From: Candidatus Poribacteria bacterium
GTDB lineage: Bacteria; Poribacteria; WGA-4E; WGA-3G
Length of the DNA stretch: 64,000 bases
Reading direction: 5' to 3'
Assembly: GCA_965197475.1 (NCBI GenBank)
Contig: CBDANF010000002.1
Coordinates: 128,001 to 192,000 of the forward strand
Shown: positions 9,746-20,189 of the stretch, piece by piece
Position numbering within the stretch: position 1 is the first letter of the stretch
Layout of the letters: the number at the start of each line of letters is the position of its first letter
Translations under genes and position numbers: made by a program
The notes under the pieces: generated by a model
The model's input: the letters and a program-made list of their open reading frames with translations, nothing else
Told to the model about the DNA's origin: nothing
The model's database searches: none

Positions 9746-10978
9746 CTATTGCTTGGAGGAATGAGAGGTTGGAGGGTTAGCATCGCGCTCCTTCCGGCCT
9801 TTCCATTTTTCTTTTAACTTAGTCATACGCCGCCTAAAGGGTTCACGCTGGCCAATCGCAACCAATCGCGCAGCCTGCTCAGCCGCATCCGCTATCAGTT
9901 GCAGCGCATCCTCAACCGCATCCTCAAGCGACATCGGTGCCTGCACAATGCCTAACATCGCGTCAATCCCAGCTTCATAAACCGCTTCAGCCCCATCGCC
10001 AATACCACCGGCAATTGCAATAACGGGAATATTGTCTGCTTTTGCTACCTTCGCAACGCCAACGGGAGTCTTTCCAAACGCAGTTTGAAAATCCAATTGC
10101 CCTTCACCTGTGAAAACAAGAGATGCACCTTTCATTCTTTCCTTAAGTTTAACAGCGTCAACCATAATATCAATACCAAGCCGCAATTTCGCATTGAGAA
10201 ACGCCATCAATCCAGCCCCTAATCCACCAGCAGCCCCCGCGCCGGGAATATCGTTAAAGGCTTGTCCAAGTGTTCGCGTCAAAACTTTGTCAAAATGTGT
10301 GAGATGAGAATCAAGCGTTTTAACCATCTCAGGCGTTGCACCCTTTTGAGGACCATAGACATGCGATGCCCCGTTGGGACCAATCAGCGGATTATTAACA
10401 TCACAAGCGACAACAGTTTTCGTTTCAGCAATTGCAGGATGTAAACCCGTTATATCTATTGATGCCAATTTACCCAGTCCTCCGCCGCCTCGGTCAATCG
10501 GGTTTCCATCTGCCCTCAGAAATTTTACGCCAAGTGCTTCAGCCATTCCGGCACCCCCGTCGTTTGTCGCACTGCCACCGATACCAATGATTAAGCGTCT
10601 GCAGCCAGCTTCCAAAGTGGCGCGGATGAGTTGTCCTGTGCCGTAGGTTGTCGTCCGCAACGGGTTTCGTCTATTGAGTGGAACAAGCGGAAGACCAGAA
10701 GCAGATGCCATCTCAATCACTGCGGTTTCTCCATCCGCAAGGATGCCAAATTCTGCGTCAATCTCGTTCCCAAGCGGATCAAGCACACGCTGCGTTCGGA
10801 TATCTCCACTTGTAGCATCAACAAGAGATTGCACAGTGCCTTCACCGCCATCAGCCATCGGAATTTTTTCAATAATTGCATCTGGAAACACGCGACGAAG
10901 CCCTTGCTCAATAGCATTCGCGGCTTGCAGTGCTGTGACGCTTCCTTTGAATGAATCCGGCGCAACTACAATTTTCAT
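9746..10978 (-). CDS. garK: Glycerate kinase (GlxK/GarK family)
   Basis: MKIVVAPDSFKGS, ADGGEGT, GGSATNDGG, YGPQKGA, TGEG; C-terminal tail is longer than usual. Confidence 0.93.
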   Translation of the reverse strand: MKIVVAPDSFKGSVTALQAANAIEQGLRRVFPDAIIEKIPMADGGEGTVQSLVDATSGDIRTQRVLDPLGNEIDAEFGILADGETAVIEMASASGLPLVPLNRRNPLRTTTYGTGQLIRATLEAGCRRLIIGIGGSATNDGGAGMAEALGVKFLRADGNPIDRGGGGLGKLASIDITGLHPAIAETKTVVACDVNNPLIGPNGASHVYGPQKGATPEMVKTLDSHLTHFDKVLTRTLGQAFNDIPGAGAAGGLGAGLMAFLNAKLRLGIDIMVDAVKLKERMKGASLVFTGEGQLDFQTAFGKTPVGVAKVAKADNIPVIAIAGGIGDGAEAVYEAGIDAMLGIVQAPMSLEDAVEDALQLIADAAEQAARLVAIGQREPFRRRMTKLKEKWKGRKERDANPPTSHSSKQ

Positions 10979-11118
10979 AACGGCAAGTCTAACATACGCA
11001 TCGCATTTTGTCAAGGAGTGAGTTGGAGGTGTTCAATGAATATGTAGCCAAGAAAACAATGATGTGTTATACTTTGTTAAACTGTATTTATGCTTCATAT
11101 TATGAAAACAGGTGACGC

Positions 11119-11883
11119 ATGAGTTGGCAACTTGAAACAACAGTCTCTGACGAACAGGTTGAATTTTACAACGAAAACGGATATCTCACTTTCGGACGTA
11201 TCTTTACAGAATCGGAATTAGACGAGCTTCGATATTATGTAGACAAAATGATTGAAAATCTACCAGAAGGCAAGCGTCCAGAGCAAATGGACGTACCGCA
11301 TTTTGAGCATCCATTCTTGTTCAAATACCTAACGCACCCACATGTATTGAAAGTAATTGAACGTTTTATCGGACCGGATATAGTCCTATGGTCAAGCCAC
11401 TTTATCAGCAAACGTGAAAACGATGGTATGGCGGTTCCGTGGCATCAAGACGGTGTCTACTGGGGCAAAATGTTAGAACCGATGCGCGTTATCACGATGT
11501 GGTTGGCAGTTGATGAATCCAAGCTTGAAAACGGATGTATGCGTGTCATACCCGAAAGTCATAACCTGCGGGATCGTCGTTATGAAGCAGTCAATCGTGA
11601 GAACAACCTCTTTGGAAGCGAAGTTGTAGAGGCAGACCTTGACATATCAAAAGCGGTTGATCTGGAACTGGAGGTGGGTGAGTGTCATTTTCACGATGCA
11701 TGGACAATCCACAATTCCAGTCCGAACGTCTCACAAAAACGGCGATGCGGTTACACAATGCGCTATATGCCCGCAAATGTCCGTTATCCGGGCGCTGAGT
11801 GGCGTTCCACACACAAAATATATCTGTTGCAAGGTGAGGACAGGACGGACGGCTTTAACACCTACACACCTGTACCAAAGTAA
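11119..11883 (+). CDS. PhyH family dioxygenase
   Basis: FYNENGY, PWHQD, NGCMRVIP, HNSSPN..RR. Confidence 0.9.
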   Translation: MSWQLETTVSDEQVEFYNENGYLTFGRIFTESELDELRYYVDKMIENLPEGKRPEQMDVPHFEHPFLFKYLTHPHVLKVIERFIGPDIVLWSSHFISKRENDGMAVPWHQDGVYWGKMLEPMRVITMWLAVDESKLENGCMRVIPESHNLRDRRYEAVNRENNLFGSEVVEADLDISKAVDLELEVGECHFHDAWTIHNSSPNVSQKRRCGYTMRYMPANVRYPGAEWRSTHKIYLLQGEDRTDGFNTYTPVPK

Positions 11884-11954
11884 CTAGCACACGCCTCAAG
11901 CTTTTATAACCCAAGTTACTGCCTATTGAAAATCGGTCGATTCCGTTATAGTTC

Positions 11955-13313
11955 AACTGATATTTATCAAAATTCTTCATATGTCAATGTTTATCAGTGT
12001 TTTCTTGGTATTTGTTCATGAAAATGCTCGCTGAGATCAGACAGCATCTGCCTCTGTCCTGAAAGTTCAAGTTGTCCTTGATGAAAGGTTTTTCGCACGG
12101 AGCGACTGACCTGCTGTATCAAAAGGTAGCTCATCACTTTCACACCTAAGTTCGCATACGCGCCATTCCGTCCTTTTAGGCTCATGGATGCGAGGTTTAG
12201 GTCTGTTTTTAGATACCGCCAATACTGTTCTATACCGTGGTGTTGAGACCATATCCGTAGGATTTCACAAGCACGCAGCGGTTTCCCGAATACCAGCATT
12301 GTTCGGATGTTGCCACGGTCTGCCAAGAACAACACCACGACTTTTCCAAAAGTTGGACTTGTGGCTTTAGTGCGATAGACCGGTTTATCGCAACCCCATT
12401 GATTGGAGAGGAGTTTGATCGGCTTTTTATGCTCCGAGAGTTTCACCTTTTTTTCATCAATCGTCATCACATAGTTGCTTTTTCCGTGCACAAGGATCGT
12501 TTCAAATCCCATTTCTCGCAAGGTGTCAATCAAGTGGTGGCTGCCATACCACGCATCGAAGGTGATCGGATAGTTTCGGATATCTATTCCGGTCTCTTCA
12601 AAGAAAGACACCACTTCCTTGAACATAGTGATGACACAGGAGGGTTTATCCGTGTTCCCGCGGCCTTGTTTGCTGACCAGTCGCATATTCAGCGGAATGA
12701 TCTGATTTCCAATCTTTATTGTGATCCCCAATATATTTTGTCCCTTCATCGGCTGATTTGCTTGAGAAGACCACCAATCAGATACGTAGGAGAGCTCCGC
12801 TCCATAACGGAAAACAAAGGTATCATCCACACTGATGACGATACACAGACGCGATAGGGTAGAAGCACTTTTTGATACTGCCTCCTGTAGCACCTCTAAC
12901 GCAATAGAACACCCGATACGCACAAAAAGATGCTGCCAGAGATAAAGACTCATCGTATTCAGTGCCCGATATAGTCTCGCTTTCGGAATAGACAGCGCAT
13001 CCGCCACTTGATCCGGGTTAGTAAGTCCAAACAGATGACAGGTTGACAAAAACACTAAGGTATGAACAAGACCCTGTTTCAAGGTGCGAAACTGTGAAGA
13101 AAGAAGTAGTTGAAAAAAGGTTATAGATTTGATAAGCTGAGTTAGCATGAGATGTCCTCCTAATGCATTTTATGTCTGAAACTGTAATTAGGATGGGCTC
13201 TCATGCTATAAAAGTCAAGGAAAATGGACACAGCAAAAACGCATTTTCATGGCGTTACACCTTGTTTCTATTGATGATTATTAGGTTGAAGACCATTCTG
13301 AGAAATATCAGTT
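11955..13313. mobile_element. IS element (DDE, IS4/IS701-like) with imperfect terminal inverted repeats
   Basis: aactgatatttatcaaaattcttc (11955-11978) matches the reverse complement of 13288-13313, aactgatatttctcagaatggtcttc; encloses the transposase. Confidence 0.75.
11994..13148 (-). CDS. DDE transposase
   Basis: ISVDDT...ITFDAWY...IEQYWRYLK, a DDE triad pattern. Confidence 0.88.
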   Translation of the reverse strand: MLTQLIKSITFFQLLLSSQFRTLKQGLVHTLVFLSTCHLFGLTNPDQVADALSIPKARLYRALNTMSLYLWQHLFVRIGCSIALEVLQEAVSKSASTLSRLCIVISVDDTFVFRYGAELSYVSDWWSSQANQPMKGQNILGITIKIGNQIIPLNMRLVSKQGRGNTDKPSCVITMFKEVVSFFEETGIDIRNYPITFDAWYGSHHLIDTLREMGFETILVHGKSNYVMTIDEKKVKLSEHKKPIKLLSNQWGCDKPVYRTKATSPTFGKVVVLFLADRGNIRTMLVFGKPLRACEILRIWSQHHGIEQYWRYLKTDLNLASMSLKGRNGAYANLGVKVMSYLLIQQVSRSVRKTFHQGQLELSGQRQMLSDLSEHFHEQIPRKH

Positions 13314-13330
13314 AAAGTGTCCAATCTTTC

Positions 13331-13400
13331 GCTCCAACGGAGCGATATGTCTATAGAAAAAAGTGTGTTCTCTCTTCCGCTCCAGCGGAGCGGTATGTCC
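13331..13400. repeat. REP-like doublet (hairpin + ATGTCTATAG)
   Basis: gctccaacggagcgatatgtctatag...gctccagcggagcggtatgtc; related copies near 5518, 16038 and 54934. Confidence 0.65.
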
Positions 13401-13501
13401 AGTGACTGTGAGCAACACATATCTGAAAGTTCTGTGCAGATGGTGTTTCCATGTTTAGATGTCAACTTAGATTATAAAAGCAATATAAAAAAGGAGAATT
13501 T

Positions 13502-14359
13502 ATGCGTCCCTATTTTGACGTACATTGCCATATCGGCATGACGGTATCACGCGCACCGGTTGTTGGACAGAGTGTCGGAAGATGTATAGCACGGATGGCT
13601 TCCGCAGGCGTTATCGGTGCGATCCCGTGTCCGACAGCAGGTGGACCACAAGCACACGGTGTCCTGGACACGCGGGCACAGAACGAGGTGATCGCGAGTG
13701 CTTGCCGGAAGTATCCAGATCGTTTCCCCATCGGACTTGGGATTGTGGAAGTCCGACATGAACAAGCAGGTGTAGATGAACTTGACAGAGCAATGCAGGA
13801 TGATGGCTTAGTCGGATTTGTGTGTCATCCGGCGTTGTCCGGACATTCACTTGGCGGTGAATTATACGCGTTCCTTGAAGTTGTAGGAATGCACAACGGA
13901 TTGTGTCTGCTACATCAGGCAGGTTCAACACAAAATATCGCCGCGTATGCACAACGGTTCCCGACGGTGACTTTTATCATCGGGCATGTCTCAATGAACA
14001 AAGCAGGACAACTTGATGCCATTGCACATTGTGCAAAGCAGGAAAATATTTGGTATGATGTTGCACAAAAACCTGAAGGTGCAGATGAAAGTTGGGACTT
14101 AGTGCACCTCGTGAATAACCTCAGCAACGATAGGATTATGTTCGGTAGCGATCTACCATATTATGATTTTCGCCTTGTTCAAGCACAGATTGAAGCTGCA
14201 GACCTTGATGAGACGAAGGAACGAATTGCATATCAGAATGCTGTGCGATTGGTGCAACAATTTCAACCAGATTGGTTGCCAACGCTAACCCCAATAACAC
14301 CGCCGCAGATTTACTCCGAGACTGAGATGTGGGATGCCAATGGTGTAAGATTAAAGTAG
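13502..14359 (+). CDS. Amidohydrolase family protein
   Basis: FDVHCH, FIIGH, IMFGSDLP; RBS AAGGAG. Confidence 0.88.
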   Translation: MRPYFDVHCHIGMTVSRAPVVGQSVGRCIARMASAGVIGAIPCPTAGGPQAHGVLDTRAQNEVIASACRKYPDRFPIGLGIVEVRHEQAGVDELDRAMQDDGLVGFVCHPALSGHSLGGELYAFLEVVGMHNGLCLLHQAGSTQNIAAYAQRFPTVTFIIGHVSMNKAGQLDAIAHCAKQENIWYDVAQKPEGADESWDLVHLVNNLSNDRIMFGSDLPYYDFRLVQAQIEAADLDETKERIAYQNAVRLVQQFQPDWLPTLTPITPPQIYSETEMWDANGVRLK

Positions 14360-14374
14360 ATAAAAAAATAGAGA

Positions 14375-15235
14375 CTATTTAACAATCTCAACTGCACGAA
14401 TCCGATGACGGAGAACAAAGATACATAGAGCTGTCAGTGCAGTTAATGTAAGGAGCGTCCAAGACCAATGTATATTGTAGCCACTTTCCAAATCGAAGAG
14501 GGCAGTTCCAAGTCGATCATAGTTCGCCCAGATGGAAACCAAAGCGATTGTGCTGGTTCGAAAAACCTCTTTAAGGATGAGGTGGAGAACAGGCAATCCA
14601 AACCAAACAGCACAAAAGCCGATTGTCGCATAGCGAGAATTTTTGGTTAGCGATGAGAAAAACAACATCAATAGGCTTGTAATGGCAGTGATTACAACCG
14701 AATAAACGATGATGGAGAGCAGTATCCAATAATTTTCTTTAAGGAAGGGTGTATCAGTTAACAACACATGTTCAAGAAATAACAACAGTCCAGGAATCAA
14801 CGTCATGCAGGTAAGCAAGATGCCAATCACAACAAATTTTCCGATGAGGTAATCTACCCATGAAATAGGTTTAGAAAGGTAAAGAGAAAGCGCATTATAC
14901 TTCAAATCATTGGCAATTAACCCCGCCCCTCCGAAAATAACGACTAATGCAACCAAAAAAGCAGATGGAAACGTATCAATCCTAAATAGAAACTTCTGAA
15001 AAAAACCGCTATCAATAACAAAACCAGTGAAATTTTCCGGTAAAATATTAAAAATATAAATATAGATTCCGTAAGACAAGATGTAAATTACCGGTGGAAT
15101 TGCAACAATTAATCGAACAATTTTGCGTTGCGCGAGCAGTTTCAATTCTGCTTTTGCAATTACCCACCACCGTGTGTAGTTCCGAGGTTTTAGTGTGCCT
15201 TCCCAATGTCGATAGTCTTGTGTGTGAATAGGCAT
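14375..15235 (-). CDS. ABC-2 type transporter permease
   Basis: Multiple TM helices; GLIANDLKYNALSLYLSKPIS..DYLIGK. Confidence 0.85.
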   Translation of the reverse strand: MPIHTQDYRHWEGTLKPRNYTRWWVIAKAELKLLAQRKIVRLIVAIPPVIYILSYGIYIYIFNILPENFTGFVIDSGFFQKFLFRIDTFPSAFLVALVVIFGGAGLIANDLKYNALSLYLSKPISWVDYLIGKFVVIGILLTCMTLIPGLLLFLEHVLLTDTPFLKENYWILLSIIVYSVVITAITSLLMLFFSSLTKNSRYATIGFCAVWFGLPVLHLILKEVFRTSTIALVSIWANYDRLGTALFDLESGYNIHWSWTLLTLTALTALCIFVLRHRIRAVEIVK

Positions 15236-15237
15236 GG

Positions 15238-15738
15238 TTAATTCCTATAAATAGTGGTTTTTTCCAAGGTATCTGTAAAAGGTCCCTGTCTCTCAGTCTT
15301 GATTTCAACCGTAATAACTCCTAAATGTGTATCGCGTTCGGGGTCTTCTTCAATGAGTCTCCGTGGAATCTCTGCACTCAGAAGTCTATCAAGGCTATTC
15401 GGTTCCTGCGCCCATAGGACACCAATAAGCCTACCATCGTAAACCTTCCGATGTTTTTCGCCGTCACGCATAGAATAAACTTTCACGTTGGTAGTAAAGT
15501 CAGCCTCTGAAATTGTGCTAACGCCAACATTCGGACTAAGAATGCTCTGATCCCATATTAGTGGAATCCCGTGCTTATCAAGCAGATAAACCTTAATGTC
15601 TATCCGATTTACGCGTGGATCGGACATAATCCGAATCCCTTCAAAATTCTGGATTTCCCCAGTTCCGCATGCAAGCAAAGCAAGTACGCAGATGCAAACG
15701 AGCATAACTCCCTTCAATTGCAATTTTAAGCGAAACAC
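15238..15738 (-). CDS. Hypothetical lipoprotein
   Basis: Lipobox LLAC; RBS AGGAGAGG. Confidence 0.7.
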   Translation of the reverse strand: MFRLKLQLKGVMLVCICVLALLACGTGEIQNFEGIRIMSDPRVNRIDIKVYLLDKHGIPLIWDQSILSPNVGVSTISEADFTTNVKVYSMRDGEKHRKVYDGRLIGVLWAQEPNSLDRLLSAEIPRRLIEEDPERDTHLGVITVEIKTERQGPFTDTLEKTTIYRN

Positions 15739-16037
15739 ATCAACCTCTCCTTTTGAATTTTAAGTTACCAGCTGCAGACTTCTATATTAAAAGTCTGTTC
15801 ACAAATTATACTCTTTTTAGGGTATGCGTGTCAATTCTTAAATCAGAACCATTCAATTGTCACAAGGTGCTCTTGTGGGAGGGCTTTCTAAGCCCGATTA
15901 TACCAATACTGTTACTGTCCTAAAATTTGGACAATTTCTGTCTGTTTCATGCTGTGTTCTCAAGTGATTTTCTATTTTTCTACGAGTTTTGTGCAAAGTT
16001 GTAACTCACAAAAAACTATTATAGGTTCAGCAAAGGC

Positions 16038-16115
16038 AGCCCCAGCGGGGCGAAATGTTTATAGCAAGCAGCACGACATACACACGGACAAAGCTCCAGC
16101 GGGGCGACAGGTATA
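16038..16115. repeat. REP-like doublet
   Basis: gccccagcggggcgaaatgtttatag...gctccagcggggcgacaggtata. Confidence 0.65.
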
Positions 16116-16140
16116 ATAAGGATAAGCTTGTCTTAATGTC

Positions 16141-16235
16141 TAATACCAAATTAACTTGATCCCACTCGGTAGGCGCGCTTTGTAAGCGCGCTGTCTGCCC
16201 AGAAAAATAAGACTAATCCCGTTAATTTGGTATTA
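16141..16235. mobile_element. MITE (95 bp) with 15-bp perfect TIRs and an internal GTAG-REP
   Basis: taataccaaattaac ... gttaatttggtatta; internal gtaggcgcgctttgtaagcgcgc; partial inverted copy at 32608-32645. Confidence 0.7.
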
Positions 16236-16362
16236 GAGGTTGCATAAACCAAGCTGCCAGATAAAAACACAAAAAATTGTCCAAAGTGTAATTACTGTAT
16301 TCAAAAAACCGAAAATAATTGCACTAAGAATTTGGCAACAAAAATCGGAAAATCGACAGAAA

Positions 16363-17172
16363 CTATCCAAGAATACCCTCCATCCGCGCACGTACCCACG
16401 CTTTGTGTTCAGGATGTGTGTGAATATAAAAGGTGCCGGTCTGAATAGCATTGTAGACATGATCTGCCACTTCCGCTGGTAACATTCCAGCCTCCATCTC
16501 AGCACGGACATTCCGAGAATCGCCTACAGCTTGCCGATGGTGGCGCGTTTTCTCTATTGGATTCTGCAATGCATCTGGACGGTTCCGGGCAGAGTCTAAA
16601 ATACCTGTTCGCACCCAACCGGGACACAACACATGCACCTGAATCTGTGATCCTTTTTGTGCCAATTCATCGACAAGAGTTTCCGAAAGTGCCACCACGC
16701 CGTGCTTGCTTACCTTATAGATACCTTCACCCGGACCTCGCACTAAACCGAGGATAGAAGCGGTGTTGACAATATGACACTTGGTGTCTTGGGCGAGCAT
16801 GCGCGGAACAAACACACGAATACCGTGAATTACACCCCACAGGTTAACACCCAAAACCCATTCCCAATCGGCGAGTGTATGCTCCCAGATAGGACGACTG
16901 CAAACAACACCAGCATTGTTACAAAGAATGTGTACCGCACCGAAAACTTCCAACGTCCGTTCTGCAAGATTCTCAACCTCAACAGCATTTGAGACATCTG
17001 TCCTTACAGCAAGAACAGTTGCACCTGTAATGCGCAAATCAGTCTCAAGTTTGGCTAACGGCTCTTCTTCAATATCTGCAAGGACAATCGCCATCCCTTC
17101 CGCAGCGAACCGTTCCGCCATACCGCGTCCGATACCGCTCGCTGCGCCAGTAATTACAGCAACGCTTTTCAT
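16363..17172 (-). CDS. Short-chain dehydrogenase/reductase
   Basis: TGAASGIG, NNAG, YKVSK (YxxxK). Confidence 0.92.
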   Translation of the reverse strand: MKSVAVITGAASGIGRGMAERFAAEGMAIVLADIEEEPLAKLETDLRITGATVLAVRTDVSNAVEVENLAERTLEVFGAVHILCNNAGVVCSRPIWEHTLADWEWVLGVNLWGVIHGIRVFVPRMLAQDTKCHIVNTASILGLVRGPGEGIYKVSKHGVVALSETLVDELAQKGSQIQVHVLCPGWVRTGILDSARNRPDALQNPIEKTRHHRQAVGDSRNVRAEMEAGMLPAEVADHVYNAIQTGTFYIHTHPEHKAWVRARMEGILG

Positions 17173-17868
17173 TCAAATCTCCGCTTGCCGTTGCTTATGA
17201 TATGATTCCAAGTTATCATTGGCATTCACAATCATCCATAACTTATCAACAATAGTGTGAATGTGTTTGCCCGGGAAAGCGAAGTAGAAATCATCGTCAG
17301 AGAGTGCGGTATAAACGCGGTTGCCGATGCACCCCAAGCTACTCGCACCTTTACCAGACTGAATGACAGCCGGTATGATGGCGCAGGTCGGTCTTCCCAT
17401 AGCACCGTTTTCTATCTCAACTTCGGCAGCAATTGCAGCTTCAGCCAAAAGCATCAACTGTCTTGGTGTGCCAGAGACAATAACAACATCTGGCGTATCC
17501 ATCATGTCTGTCAAAGGAGCGTAGACTGCATTCTGGAAGGGATTTTCTCGCGTCGGGATGCTTTGAACATCATCTAAAGTAAGATAACCGAGTTGATACA
17601 TATAATTAAGTGTGCCTTCTAGCTCCTCGATTTGTGCGTCAGGCAATTCAACATTGTGTGTAAAACACCCGATCGGGCAGTTGTAGTGGTCGGACGCTTC
17701 GGTGTAGAAGGTTTTGCCTTCTGCCGCACGACTCCAATAGGTACATCCGGAGGCTTCAGCTTTTTCCACACGGGGAACATCATCCGGTTGTGTGTCGTGA
17801 AACGTTACTGTGATAGGTCGTGTATCTAAACCGAGTAATTCTTCTAATTGATGAAAATCGTCTCTCAT
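17173..17868 (-). CDS. DUF169 family protein
   Basis: SGCTYW, HYNCPIG, RPTC, SLGCIGNR; ATG at 17868 after an AGGAG RBS. Confidence 0.78.
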   Translation of the reverse strand: MRDDFHQLEELLGLDTRPITVTFHDTQPDDVPRVEKAEASGCTYWSRAAEGKTFYTEASDHYNCPIGCFTHNVELPDAQIEELEGTLNYMYQLGYLTLDDVQSIPTRENPFQNAVYAPLTDMMDTPDVVIVSGTPRQLMLLAEAAIAAEVEIENGAMGRPTCAIIPAVIQSGKGASSLGCIGNRVYTALSDDDFYFAFPGKHIHTIVDKLWMIVNANDNLESYHKQRQAEI

Positions 17869-17909
17869 TTTTCTCCTTTTTGTTATTGATGAAATCAAGT
17901 TTCGAATGC

Positions 17910-20117
17910 TTACCGCGAAGGGACATCCCATAATATAACCGTGCCATCCCAATGACCTGTGGCGATTGTCTTACTGTCAGGCGAAAATTCAACAGTATTG
18001 GCACAATATGTATGTCCTTTGAGCGTTTTCAGATGCTTCCCCGTTGCAGCATCCCACAGTCGCACTGTACCACCGCGATTCCCAACGGGAATTGTTGCAA
18101 TTGTTTTGCCATCCGGTGAATACTTAACATCAGTACGGAAATTCGGTGGCTCTTCTTTCAAGGGGCTTATCGGTTTCCCTATCGGTTCCCCTGTGGCTAC
18201 ATTCCATAATCGTACCGTATCGTTTTCTATGAAAGCCGCGAGTATATCTCCATCTGGGGAGTACTGAATTGAGCGGACATAGTCATGAGGCAGTCTGGAT
18301 TTTTCAGGGTGCAGCAATTTAGTGAGGGATCGGTCTAAAGATTTGGCAATCCCTTCTCTATGTGCTACAAATGTTTTTATGTGTTTTCCTGTGGCAACAT
18401 CCCAAAGCCACGGTGTTTTGTCCCAGGGGGTAGTAATTGCTAATATCTTGCCATCTGGTGAATACACAACTGCAGAGGCTGTTGCTGTAGACGTTTTGAG
18501 TGTTTTTAAATTTTCACCTGTGATTGTATCCCACAGTCGCACTGTGTAATCGTCACAACTCGTTGCGATCATTTTGCCATCCGGTGAAAGCACACCATAC
18601 CTAATATTGTATGTATCCCCTTTGAGCGTTATTATGTTTTCACCTGTGGTCAGATTCCACAGTCGCACCGTTTTGTCACTACAGTTAATTAAGAGTGTAT
18701 CACTATCTGGCGAAAACGCGAACCCCTTAAGACCGTATGTATCTCCCTTAAATGTTTTTAGGTGCTGCCCTGTTTTTATATCCCACAGTCGTACAATCTT
18801 ATCACTACAATAAGTTAAGATGGTAGCACCATCCGGGGAATACGTACCATACTTAATTTCGTATGTGTCTCCTTTGAATATTATTAGATTTTCTCCCGTA
18901 GTTACCTCCCACAACCACACCTTATTGTCATTACAGTTAACTAATAATGTGTTTCCTTCTGACGAAAACATAACTGAAGAAATATAACCAGTATGTCCTT
19001 TAAGTGTTTTTAGATGTTTTCCTGTAGTAGTATTGCGCAGCCATGCCTCTTTCAGGACTTTGCCAATTGCGATTGTTTTGCCATCCGGTGAAAACGCAAT
19101 AGAATGAGCACCACCTGCATAGTCTGTAAAGGTTCTTATGTTTTTGCCAGTGTGTGCATCCCACCACCGCATCGTGTCATCCCAACTTGCAGTAGCGATT
19201 GTTTTCCCATCTGGCGAATACGCAACGTAATCAACTACGTCCGTATGTACTTTGAATGTTTTTATAGACTGTCCGGTGGTCACATTCCACAACCTTATCA
19301 TACCATCATAACCTCCAGCTGCGATTGTTTTGCCATCCGGTGAAAACGCAATAGAATAAACAATATTCCTCCAAGAGAGTATTTTTATCGGTTGTCCTGT
19401 GTGTGTATCCCATATTTGAACCTCACGGGTACTACTGTTAGTTCCGAGCAGCATCCTGCCATCCGGTGAAAACGCAATTGGGTTCTGATACCCATCAAAT
19501 ATATTTATAGGTTTGCTTGTACGCGTATTCCACAACCGAATCGTTTTGTCTAAACTTGCAGTAGCGATTGTTTCTCCATCCGGGGAAAATTTGACTGAAT
19601 AGATAACCTCTGTATGTCCCGTGAGTGTCTTTATGTTTTTCCCTGTGCAAGAGTCCCAAAGCCGCACTGTCGTGTCTGCACTCCCAGTAGCGATTGTTTT
19701 CCCATCTGGCGAATACGCGACTGAAGTGATGCCGTTAGTATGTCCTCTGAGGGTTTTTGTATTTTTACCTGTACGCACATCCCATAACCGCACTGTCTCA
19801 TCCCAACTCGCTGTAGCGATTGTTTTGCCATCCGGGGAATACGCCGCAGAATAGACTCTATCCGTATGTCCTCCTGTTATCAGGTCAAGTTCTTTTCCAG
19901 TCTGTGAATCGTAGAGCCAAACCCCAATCGAGGTCGTGACAGTAAGCCGAGCACCGTCTGGAGAATACATTATCTTCTGTATGCTACCTTTACCGAAACG
20001 GGCAATAGCACCTTCAGGTAAACCAACTTGTGTATAAGGTTCATATTGAGCAAAGGCGGTTGATAGACACAATGTTGCAGCAACAAATAACGTTAGCATC
20101 AGAAAAAACTTCTTCAT
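17910..20117 (-). CDS. Secreted WD40-repeat protein (probable double beta-propeller)
   Basis: Signal peptide MKKFFLML; GLPEGAIARFGKG leader; about 15 FSPDGKTIAT...VRLWD repeats. Confidence 0.93.
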   Translation of the reverse strand: MKKFFLMLTLFVAATLCLSTAFAQYEPYTQVGLPEGAIARFGKGSIQKIMYSPDGARLTVTTSIGVWLYDSQTGKELDLITGGHTDRVYSAAYSPDGKTIATASWDETVRLWDVRTGKNTKTLRGHTNGITSVAYSPDGKTIATGSADTTVRLWDSCTGKNIKTLTGHTEVIYSVKFSPDGETIATASLDKTIRLWNTRTSKPINIFDGYQNPIAFSPDGRMLLGTNSSTREVQIWDTHTGQPIKILSWRNIVYSIAFSPDGKTIAAGGYDGMIRLWNVTTGQSIKTFKVHTDVVDYVAYSPDGKTIATASWDDTMRWWDAHTGKNIRTFTDYAGGAHSIAFSPDGKTIAIGKVLKEAWLRNTTTGKHLKTLKGHTGYISSVMFSSEGNTLLVNCNDNKVWLWEVTTGENLIIFKGDTYEIKYGTYSPDGATILTYCSDKIVRLWDIKTGQHLKTFKGDTYGLKGFAFSPDSDTLLINCSDKTVRLWNLTTGENIITLKGDTYNIRYGVLSPDGKMIATSCDDYTVRLWDTITGENLKTLKTSTATASAVVYSPDGKILAITTPWDKTPWLWDVATGKHIKTFVAHREGIAKSLDRSLTKLLHPEKSRLPHDYVRSIQYSPDGDILAAFIENDTVRLWNVATGEPIGKPISPLKEEPPNFRTDVKYSPDGKTIATIPVGNRGGTVRLWDAATGKHLKTLKGHTYCANTVEFSPDSKTIATGHWDGTVILWDVPSR

Positions 20118-20189
20118 CGTTTCAGACTCCTTTTTGTAAAACGTTTTCAACATCCAATTCTTGCACTTCAGAAGATTTGTCATGAAAAA

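Noticed and set aside
9746-9850. Basic C-terminal extension of glycerate kinase
   Set aside because: Probably readthrough into intergenic repeat-like DNA, not a domain
17910-20117. WD40 nucleotide repeats as a diversity-generating retroelement template
   Set aside because: No reverse transcriptase in the window and no adenine-specific mismatch pattern noticed
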